64,000 nucleotides of DNA, taken from contig CM120644.1 in the NCBI GenBank assembly GCA_051362555.1, positions 25,008,534 to 25,072,533 of the forward strand. The letters are read 5' to 3'. Below, one piece after another: positions 48,430 to 59,800 of the stretch. This DNA is from Lingula anatina (lineage: Eukaryota; Animalia; Brachiopoda). Both the position numbers and the translations under genes were made by a program. Position 1 is the first letter of the stretch. Each line of letters begins with the position of its first letter. The notes under the pieces were generated by a model, which was not told where the DNA came from, did no database searches, and worked only from the letters and a program-made list of their open reading frames with translations.

Positions 48430-50508
48430 CCCAGCGGGCAAATCAACATTGAATCAATGTTGAATCAACGTTGATGGTCAACGTTGAAACTATGTTGATA
48501 TGACGTTGACTATGAAAGTTGACTCAACGTTGAACCATCAAGGTTGAATCAACCTTGAGGTATCAATGTTGAATCAACGTTGACGGTCAATGTTGAAACT
48601 ATGTTGATATGACGTTGACTATGAAAGTTGACTCAACATTGAACCATCAAGATTGAATCAACCTTGAGGTATCAATGTTGAATCAACGTTGACGGTCAAT
48701 GTTGAAACTATGTTGATATGACATTGACTATGAAAGTTGACACAACGTTGAACCATCAAGGTTGAATCAACCTTGAGGTATCAATGTTGAATCAGCGTTG
48801 ACGGTCAATGTTGAAACTATGTTGATATGATGTTGACTATGAAAGTTGACTCAAGGTTGAACCATCAAGGTTGAATCAACCTTGAGGTATAAATGTTGAA
48901 TCAACATTGATACCTCAATGTTGAATCAATGTTGAAATTAAGTTGAATTTGAAAATTGAATTAACGTTGATATATCAATTAGGCTATCAGGATATTTGAT
49001 TGAAATTTGCCTGATGGCTGAAGGTGTTTTCCAAGATATCAAGCATTTCTTGAAATAAAAAGACCCAGATCTGAAAAGGGGGGGAAATTAGCAAAGTTAC
49101 CTACAAAAAAAAGGTAATATCGGAAGAAAAGGGGGGGGGTCCAGACCCCGGGACCGGCCCCTGTATCCACCTATGGGTCGTCAGATTCTTTTTAAACTTT
49201 CCAGTTTGATGCTCAGTGATACGGACCAAAACAGCCTGAACATAAAAAAAACACAAACAACAACTGATTTAACTATGAATATAATATATAACAAACAATG
49301 AACATACACTACATACACTAACTACATGTAATACTATCATGTTGCAAAAACTTTAACATTTGTCAAATACAGTTAACTTCTAACAGATTCGTAGACAGTT
49401 AAGTTTTGAAGATGCAATGTCACAGTTTTACGAGTCTTTTTCTGTTGAACGTTCCTCCTGATAGTGTGGGGTTTTGAAGACGCAATGTCACCGTTTTCCA
49501 TGTCCTTATCTGTTGAACGATCCTCCTGATAGTGTGGCCTAACAAAGTACTGTTAATAAAGTACAGTTTTTGTACTGTAAAAGTGTTACCACTGGCCACA
49601 CTCACGTGTTGCATCAGTTCATGTTATCCGGAGTCTCGCACTTAATAACAGTCCCGCACTTCATTTACATTATACAAGTATGCAGGCACATACGGTAATT
49701 ACTCATAAATATTAAACAATAAATTAGCTTTACTAAAATAATTATAACGTCACATCAGGTAGTTAAGATAATTTTAAGAATACAAAAACAAAGGGTCACC
49801 AGTCTAATATTTTCTCATAGCTAACTTAAATTTCCAGAAAAACAGGCATTTTTGGCTTTTTCAAGCTTTTTCTTCAACCTTGAGTAAAATTTTGTCAATT
49901 TGCCATTAAGTAAGGCTGGTGACCCCACGTTTTTTCTTTTTCTTAAAGATAACCTGAACATCAAATCTGGAAAGTTTAAAAAACTGACAACCGCTTTTTT
50001 CACAAAATTAATTTTAATGAAAAAGGGGTAAAACAAGCGTTTTATGAGGGGTAATTACCCCTATGCATACCTCTCTAGTGAGATAATCATTTAAAACTAT
50101 TAGGCCTATCAAGGTTATGATTAAGGTTATAAAGTTAAGGTTGACCCAATGTTGAGATCCAGTTGATATGTCAACATTTACAAAGGGTTTACAAACACAG
50201 GTTGATTCAATGTTGAAATCCTGTTGATCTATCAACATTGAAAATTGATTGACAAAGAAAGGTTTAATCAATGTTGAGACCCTGTCGATCTATCAACATT
50301 GACAATTGGTTGACAAGAAAAGGTTGATTCAATGTTGAAATCCTGTTGAACTATCAACATTGAAAATTGATTGACAAAGAAAGGTTAAATCAATGTTGAG
50401 ACCCTGTTGATCTATCAACATTGACAATTGGTTGACAAGAAAAGGTTGATGGATCAACATCATCTCAACCTATCCTCAATGTTGAATCAACGTTAAGTGC
50501 CCGCTGGG
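48430..50508. mobile_element. ~2.1-kb non-autonomous CACTA/EnSpm-like element in a Roco B intron
   Basis: tt|cccagcgggca ... tgcccgctggg|tt (11-bp TIR, 2-bp TSD). Left subterminal 4x109-bp and right ~2x121-bp arrays are built from TCAACGTTGA-type palindromes. Confidence 0.88.
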
Positions 50509-51076
50509 TTGGCCGTAAGCTAATGGTATAAATGTATTTCGGCTTGTGTTTGATGATTTTTATTTATGATCCAACTACCAAACTGACGAACATTTTTGCT
50601 CAAGTGCAAACGGTTTCTTGCAAGGACGCGGCAAGCACTGTATCATTTTTTACCCTTACTGAGAAAAGATCGGGTAGAATTCTCAAAATGTTGCTTGGTA
50701 TATTGCCAGCGTCAACAAAATGACATACATTTGGTCCACTTCAGGAATTCTTACAAAGTACAATCAAAGTTATGGGTCCTTAAACGAATGGCTAATGAGC
50801 AGGCATTCTTAAAACCTGTCAAAACAAAAACAAAGTCATAGTCACAATATAAGAGCAAGTCAGAGTGACAGTTGTTTTTTTACACAATGGCAACTATTAT
50901 ACCACTAGTCGGTTTAAGCTGTTTTTTTTTTTTATCTCTTTCAGTGCCTGAAAGAAAAAAAAACTCAGACAGGCAGGTATAGAAGCTTCAGGTGTTTTGC
51001 TTTTCAGAGAAGCTCCAGCTGCAAAGAAAACAGTCCATGCTCTCATTGTAACAGACGTTCCCACCATTCCCTACTG

Positions 51077-51116
<40 letters not shown>

Positions 51117-51245
51117 TTTAATTAAATAATATTTTACATAAAGATTTAGACATATTATTGGAGTGAAATAATCCAAAGGTCGATAATATAATAGTAAAAA
51201 AAATGAACAAATTTTCTTCAAAAGGTTAAGGTATAAGTTACGTAC

Positions 51246-51536
51246 CACCAACAGTGTCTGGAACGCTATTCACTTGTCTAGGCCCAGTTCTGCCCACTCG
51301 CTCCACCTGGACAGGGTCATTTAACTCTTTTGTGAGGTCAAACACCAGTAAGTAGATAGCTCGCCAGGTGAGGAAAGTTTGATGTGTCGTGTAGAAGACA
51401 TACTGACCGCCAAAGTCCCAGAGTGTCAGTAAATCTGGAACATCTGGTGGTCCTTGGCTCTTGTCAAATATCTTCTCCATGGTTTCTTTATCTATGTTTA
51501 TCGGAACAGTCTGGACAGATTGTTTAATCCTTTTTC
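51246..51536 (-). CDS. Roco gene B exon: Roc switch II (WDFGGQ)
   Basis: ttttag acceptor, gtacgt donor; LWDFGGQYVFYTTHQTFLTWRAIYLLVFDL. Confidence 0.92.
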
Positions 51537-51781
51537 CTAAAAAGTAAAAAAGGGTGTCTAAATAACGCTGGTCTTTAGATGTGCTTTAGATGTACTTGCA
51601 CCAGAATAGGCAAGTGGCATGAAACATACGATGTCGAGCAGAATATAAAACATTATCTAAAATATATGTAAAGTAACCGGCCATTATTTTTATTACAGTG
51701 TCTTGTAGAATCTTACCTGTTTGGCTCTTAATACATTTGTGTGGAAGGAAAATGTTTAAGCTGAATATTAAATGCACGTAC

Positions 51782-51850
51782 TGTTCTCTTTGTATTCCTT
51801 GATACCCCTCGCAAGTCTTTCAATACAGTAATATTCATTGACGGATTCAT
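51782..51850 (-). CDS. Roco gene B small exon (DESVNEYYCIERLARGIKEYKEN)
   Basis: ttttgcag acceptor, gtacgt donor; 69 nt, phase 1/1; keeps the frame between flanking exons. Confidence 0.82.
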
Positions 51851-52107
51851 CTGCAAAAGGGTTGTTTAGAAAATGAATTTGAAATATATATATAACTACT
51901 GGATACACTGGTTTTGTATATCCTGTAGGTTGTTTGCAAATGATACTTAGATCATTTGTTTGTTTGCAAATGATACTTAGAGCATAGAAAAAAATAGATG
52001 TACATGTATACAAGCAAGAAAATACTAGAAGTATTCATCAAACATCTCACAGAATTACATTAATTTTCATTGGTGTACTTTGATCGAGTTAACCTGCTGT
52101 TTGACAC

Positions 52108-52317
52108 CTTTTCTCTGCCAGCTGGGCCCTGCAGTGTGTTTCTCCAGAATACACCCAGACACCTCAACACCGTTCGTCACCAGGTCGTCCTCAGTGAAGT
52201 CTTCTCCCAGCAGATTTCGGCAAAGGTGTGTTTTCCCTGTCCCCTGGTGACCGACCACAATCACATTGGCCTTGTACACTTTGTGCATCCCCTCCTCACA
52301 CGCTGCCTGATACATAT
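52108..52317 (-). CDS. Roco gene B exon: Roc P-loop and switch I (GHQGTGKT, TNGVEV)
   Basis: ttaag acceptor, gtgtca donor; 210 nt. Confidence 0.92.
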
Positions 52318-52466
52318 CTTAATAAATGATATTAAAGAAATAAGCATTTGTAAAGACCATCTATTATGCACCTAATTTACGGTACTTCTACGAATGTGAT
52401 TTTGTTTGATATGCGCAGATATGCTAAAACCATGTGTTCATTACGGGAATCTTCAAACAAGCCTGA

Positions 52467-55400
52467 TACAGTGGTCGGAATAATTTTGTTTCCGTTGTAC
52501 ACCGGTGTAACAACGTTCGAAATGTTTTTATCCCTATCTTGTGAATAGAAGGGGGCAGACAAACAATGGAGGGCCGTATAAATCCCTTCAAAATTCGAAC
52601 GCACAAACACAATAGCTTAGGTGGAATAACACAATACTTAATACGAGTGAACCCCATGACGCCGGTTTCTGTGGCCCAGCGCGAGAGTGACAATCCGCTG
52701 TAACTAGGTGTAATTAACAGCAGGATACATCAGCCAGAAGGTCCCTATTGTTTGTTGCGGCGATAGGATTATAGCTTGAAGAGGCTAAACCCATGCTAAG
52801 GCGTGCCATGCGAAGCGAACTGTCCTTTTGTTCACTAGTTTGGCACGCGCAGCTGGTTTTTAGTGTTGCTAACAAACTGCTAGTTAAATTTGTTATCAGT
52901 TATTTCATCCTTTATGAAATTTCCGCAGTCAAAAATTGAACTTATTATTGTTTGTTTGGTTGAAATGCATGGGCGTCAGCATCAATCTGTCTCAAAAAAT
53001 TCCTATTGCATTAATTTATAAATGTATAATTTATTTATGTACTTACGTTTTAATTTGAAATATCTGCATTTAAGCGTTCAAGTATTTATAAAACATGAAT
53101 GATAATGAAAGAGGAATAAGGAAATAACATATTACTTATATTATGCTTATATTATAATATTGAAATTAAATGAGGTGCATTTACAAAGGCGCAATGACAA
53201 TCCAACTACAACGTGCAACAGGGGGAAGTCTGGCTGTGTGATCATACAATATACGAAAGTACGGTCAGTTAAAAGTGTAAATCATCAGTTAAAGAGGAGG
53301 GGGTCTTACTATAGCTCGCTATCTATTGTTAAACCCGACTGTTATTATCTCTCGAACAAGCTTAAAGCATGCCTATACAATTACTGTGTCTCCGGCTGCC
53401 GTTCAGAAACACCATGTCGAACATATTTTGCTACAGTGAGAAACATGGTACACTAGCGACTTGTTTTAGATCACTCAAGAAAGGATGCATACGTGCGACA
53501 CCAGAGGAAAAACAATCAAGTATGCATCTGATCCATTAATAGTAATTGCACAGTGCATATTACTAGACCTTTGTCCTAAATCAGTAGTTAGAAATAGGAT
53601 GTTTGGATAAAAAGCTTCTATTCAACTCGCTTAGACCTAGGGCGTGATGCTATCATCCGATGAAACACGTAACTGAACCCTCTACCTGAACCTGAAGTCC
53701 CTTTAGCTGAAACAAAAACTGCCCCTTGAACATGTCCATTTTTTAATCGTCAAATGATTTGTGATTTCATTGAACGTCTTTGATCGAAAGCTTTCAAGTG
53801 ACAATAACCGAACCGTGTGTTGATTATTTATGAAGCGTAATTAAGTTTATTCAACATGAACTATTTTGTAAACGTTACTTGCCAAGATTGAGCTTGGATT
53901 GATCACCGTCACTATTTAGCTACTCGCCTATAATACGTGCTGAACGACAGACAACTTAAAAATATTATCTGTGTAACTGTGCAAATGAACGCATTTAGTT
54001 AAAATATAACGAAGCCGGCATTTGATTCATCGAACATATTTATATGTGTTCTTTTAAAACCAGTGTAAGGTTAACGCCAAATCAAAGCAAGTCTTGCAGA
54101 CTGGTTTTGTTTAAACTGTCGTGCATCAAGTAAAGCTAAGTAAAGCCTGTTTATACTTCGCAGTGTTCATCCCAGCCATAAAACTGCATGAAGGATAACA
54201 AGACTCCGTAGACCTGTGCTTCAGGTTTCCAGGAGTCCCGCGTAACACAATAATATCGAAGGCCTGAGAGTAATACATATATGAGGCCGTGTATGAAAGA
54301 TTTAACAAATTAGAAATTCAAGAATTTAAACATGCTAGGTACATGCACATCACTTAATAAGTCATTTCACAAAAATCACATCTAATTGTTTAGATTAACC
54401 TTTACTTTTATCGATCTCATCCCATTGTCTCAACCACCTAAAAGAAATATAGAGAACATGAGGAAAAGTAACATGTTTACATGCAGGCGAAGGAGTTATA
54501 CTTCAATATTAATCGCGAGCAATATCAACAGCGACTAAAGACCGTTGCCTGTCTTTCACACTTTTACACAAACACACGAAGGTTTAATAAAGGGAGTCGC
54601 GGCGCGATATCTATCTCTTTCATTCGAACAAGCAAAGGGCTGACCCGAAGTAAGCTTTCTATACTAATGTCCTTTTTATTGTATATTGTAATTACTCTAC
54701 TTGCTCGCCTCCATTGTCTTGTAAAAGTGACAAAGAATGTGTTGTATTCAGACACGAGTTGAAAGAACTCCTTTGCCTTAAGTTGCATAATGTCTTTCTC
54801 AAGGTTATAATCAGTGTGAAGAGGGTGTCGTGCCTCATTTAAAAAGGGTGTTGTTCTTCATACTGGTTGTTGCTTAACTTATGCTAATCTTAAACTTTTA
54901 TGTACCAATATGGTTTTAATAAATCGCCAAAATTATGAATCTAATGAACATTGTGTATCAAACGTTTTGATACGATTTAAATAAATGGACGAGGAGGATT
55001 ACGGTATTAGGTTCTATTTACCTCTGGCTTTAACTTCGCCCTGCTATATAAATGAACAAATGTTGCAGATCGTAACAAAAAACTTTCTTATAGTGTTTTA
55101 TGACATATATGATTTACACATTTGATAGTGAAACACTCCTCGACTTTAACGAATCACCTGACGTAAACTGTCTACCCGCTCTCCCCGACAAAACTGTTTC
55201 TTTTAATTTTGAAATGAATTGCTTTTAAGGCAAAGAAGTCCATTAAACCCTTTAGTCTCAATATCATTGTACAGCATGTTGTAATCGATATTTAAAAAAG
55301 TTAATTTTTGTACTCCGCTTTCATCGAGGATACCTCAAGTTGAGGTTACAATTACGTCGCTCGCCTATGCTACTGGAATATATATTTAAGGACAAATTAA

Positions 55401-56803
55401 GCTTTGTAAAGTCCCTATTGTTACACACCATAGATACTTTATTTTGTCTTGAATGAAAAAATAGCCTCAAATTATCGTTTTGTGCCTAAACCTTTTATTA
55501 CTTGAACCAAGATCTGTACTATAGCTACCATGACGTACATGCATCAAGTTGGGTCTGCTGGGGGAGGGGAGCATTTAAATGATAAACGAGGAAGTCTACC
55601 TGCAAAAGCAGCAGCAGTGGTTTAAATAATCGCTATTTAGACTCTTTTTCTTTGACAGCAACATAAAAAGTGTTTAGGGAGAAAGTCACACAAAGACCCG
55701 ACGTTGTTTTGTCTTCAGCATTTCCTCTTCCTTGTTATCTGCAATTACTATCGTCAATTAATGAAATCGAGAAAGCAATTAAGTGACGGCACATTGAATA
55801 TAGTCACTAGGTGCATTTCGCTGAGTGTTTACAAGATCTAGCGACACATTTTATCGCCACGCGTTCTAGTTTGATTAGTTTAGAAAATTAAACAGTTACC
55901 CTGGCGGCTCTCCGTCACTGCTATGAATCTGACATCGAATTTAGTCCAAAATATTAGTAAATTCAGAATTATTAGCTAAAACGTAAATTGCCCTAATTTG
56001 TCAGATAATCAAAAATGCCGGTGATCCACGCGGAGGGTTCGCTTTCCTGAAGGTAGCGGCGACGAACGGCGACGAACGGCGACGATATTTTTCTGAATAG
56101 TGTACCTTTATTAGTTACGAAAAGCCCCCTTTTCAACAGGTGCGTTTTATTAATTACTTCATGTCACAAAGTTAATTTATACAGGCAAAACTTTATTTTA
56201 AGGAAATAGTTTCACGAAATGAACGAGAGTAAAATATAAGTCGGATTATAATGGCATACCTTGATGCAAAACAGTCTATCGTTTCTTCCACCGCGAGTCC
56301 CTTTATTTAATGTAATGTATTACTCATTACCCGTTTCATTTGACACTCTCTCTTTTTATCTCCCTTCCCCTTTCTCTTGTTAGAAGGAGGGTAAATAATT
56401 AAGCACTCAAAATCTGCACCACCAATCTTCAGAAAAACATAAGTTAACGAACCAGTGGGCTGATCCACAACATCCGACACAGCAGAAGGAATCAAATAAC
56501 AGCTAGCACAAATTTATATGCAGTTAGCTATAGTGTCACTACATACATAATCAGCTGCACGCGCGAAGCTGTTGAACAAAAGGATAGTTCGCTACGGGAG
56601 ACCGTTTGTTTACATAAGTACTCTAAGGGGGCGTGGCTACCCAGGCGACCAGGGGATTAGGCTAGTTACTATATGCCGTCAACAATCGTTTAGCGACCCT
56701 ATCATTATACACTCTCTCTATTGTATTTTCCACCGCATTAATCGTAGTGTAATCTTCAAATGGTCCACGGGGTAAATGTACACATTCTTAATCCTAGTAC
56801 GGT
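52467..56803. mobile_element. ~4.3-kb non-coding repeat element, copy 2
   Basis: Colinear with copy 1 apart from small indels; joined head-to-tail to copy 3 through a shared TACGGT. Confidence 0.9.
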
Positions 56804-59800
56804 GGTCGGAATAATTTTGTTTCCGTTTTACACCGGTGTAACCACGTTCGAAATGTTTTAATCCCTATCTTGTGAATAGAAGGGGGCAGACAAACAATGG
56901 AGGGCCGTATAAATCCCTTCAAAATTCGAACGCACAAACACAATAGCTTAGGTGGAATAACACAATACTTAATACGTGTGAACCCCATGACGCCGGTTTC
57001 TGTGGCCCAGCGCGAGCGTGACAATCCGCTGTAACTAGGTGTAATTAACAGCAGGATACATCAACCAGAAGGTCCCTATTGTTTGTTGCGGCGATAGGAT
57101 TATAGCTTGAAGAGGCTAAACCCATGCTAAGGCGTGCCACGCGAAGCGAACTGTCCTTTTGTTCACTATAGTTTGGCACGCGCAGCTGGTTTTTAGTGTT
57201 GCTAACAAACTGCTAGTTAAATTTGTTATCAGTTATTTCATCCTTTATGAAATTTCCGCAGTCAAAAATTGAACTAATTATTGTTTGTTTGGTTGAAATG
57301 CATGAGCGTCAGCATCAATCTGTCTCAAAAAATTCCTATTGCATTAATTTATAAATGTATAATTTATTTATGTACTTACGTTTTAATTTGAAATATCTGC
57401 ATTTAAGCGTTCAAGTATTTATAAAACATGAATGATAATGAAAGAGGAATAAGGAAATAACATATTACTTATATTATGTTTATACTATAATATTGAAATT
57501 AAATGAGGTGCATTGACATAGGCGCAATGACAATCCAACTACAACGTGCAACAGGGGGAAGTCTGGCTGTATGATCATACAATATACGAAAGTACGGTCA
57601 ATTAAAAGTGTAAATCATCAGTTAAATAGGAGGGGGTCTTACTATGGTCGCTATCTATTGTTAAACCCGACTGTTATTGTCTCTCAAACAAGCTTAAAGC
57701 ATGCCTATACAATTACTGTGTCTCCGGCTGCCGTTCAGAAACACCATGTCGAACGTATTTTGCTACAGTGAGAAACATGGTACACTAGCGACTTGTTTTA
57801 GATCACTCAAGAAAGGATGCATACGTGCGACACCAGAGGAAAAACAATCAAGTATGCGTCTGATCCATTAATAGTAATTGCACAGTCCATGTTACTAGAC
57901 CTTTGTCCTAACTCAGTAGTTAGGAATAGGATGTTTGGATAAAAAGCTTCTATTCAACTCGCTTAGACCTAGGGCGTGATGCTATCATCCGATGAAACAC
58001 GTAACTGCACCCTCTACCTGAACCTGAAGTCCCTTTATCTGAAACAAAAACTGCCCCTTGAACATGTCCATTTTTTAATCGTCAAATGATTTGTGATTTC
58101 ATTGAACGTCTTTGATCGAAAGCTTTCAAGTGACAATAACCGAACCATGTGTTGATTATTTATTAAAGCGTAATTAAGTTTATTCAACATGATCTATTTT
58201 GTAAACGATACTTGCCAAGATTGAGCTTGGATTGATCACCGTCACTATTTAGCTACTCGCCTATAATGCGTGCTGAACGACAGACAACTTAAAAATATTA
58301 TCTGTGTAACTGTGCAAATGCAAATGTTAAAATATAACAAAGCCGGCATCTAATCCATCGAACATATTTATATTTGTTCTTTTTAAACAAGTGTAAGGGT
58401 AACGCCAAATCAAAGCAAGGAGTTATAACAGAAGGAGATTACACGCAAGCCTCTCTATTGTCCGATGTCTGTTACGGTGGGCGGAGCTAGCTACGGGGGG
58501 CCTCCTGTATCAAGGTTTCGTCTGGGTCGCTCTCCTCCGCTTGGAGATTGATTTTATATGCGTTATTTCGCGTTAGAATTCGAGATCAGTAGTGTCAAAG
58601 CGGCGCTGTATGCTGACGATTTTTTTCCACCGGTAGTTATCTGGACGATGTGCTGGGAGGGAACGATATCATAGAAAGCGATTACAAGGTGGTGGCTGAG
58701 GATGGTCGCCATGAGTTTATTTTTTTTTTAGTCGGTGATAGATGGTTTTTCTTTTGCACAACACAGTGAAAAATCACCAAGGATAAGTCAAAAGAAAACG
58801 TCCCAACTGTGGTTTGTGAAAATGACATTCAAGTGAACGTTTGGACCCCCCTGCCCTTTGGTCCCATAAACATTGAGACAGTGCCTAAGCTTTGTGACTG
58901 GTTTTAAATTTCTTTAAGTATTTTTTTCTCTCACTCGGTATAATTTTAATATCATAATGCATTAAAGTGAAATTTTAATCAAAGGTTGAGGCAATGCCAC
59001 ATGTCAGTTTACTAAATACTCGTTATCAATTTCTTTATCTTGGAAATCTCCCTTTTTATTTTCAGGATTATTTTGACACAAACTAACACTTCTTATTTGT
59101 CGGTAAACAAGTGCACAGTGCTAAACATTAAGAATAATTTTTATTCATTCATAAATATATTTATGTACAAAATATATCAGAAATTTTAGTATTAACTGAG
59201 CTCTTTAAAGTGAAACAAATAAAGATGAGAATTTTGAATTTCAAACTATTACTATATTAACTTAAAATATCTTTTAAGTCAACTCTATACTCAAGCATCA
59301 TGATAGTAGCATCTGTGAGTAAAACCATTTTATTATATCAATAGAAGAACAAAAACAAAATTTTAAACATAAGCAGTAATTAATGAAGTCATAAGAATGA
59401 TTAAGTTGCTATAGTTTTCCAGTTTTATGCAGTCTGTGTTGGAATTTTTTTCAACCATGCAAATAGAAATAATTATATTCTTTTTTATCTGACTTGCTGA
59501 TACCAGTCTGTGCCAGATACTATTCCACTCACAGGCCAGCAAGGTCTGAGAATCTAATGGGCTGAATGAAAAAAAAAACCCTAGAATATAAAAGTGGCTA
59601 ATTCTTACAAATAGGATAAAAAACATGGGATTTTCAAAAGGTTATTATAAATCAAGACAACACTTAGTAAGAACATTTATAAAATGAACTGAAGTACATG
59701 TTACAGCTGAAAAAATTAACTGGGCCAGTAAGTGACTGCTTTAAAGAAATTTCACTGAAACAGTCCAAATTTTACTGGCAATCAAGTAGACTGTTATACC

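Noticed and set aside
48454-48900. Palindromic repeat array as a CRISPR or standalone satellite
   Set aside because: No spacers; it lies inside a TIR/TSD-bounded element as its subterminal repeat.
5537-52317. A single gene with two Roc domains
   Set aside because: Gene B terminates with a stop after its Death exon at 45480; two tandem paralogs is the simpler reading.
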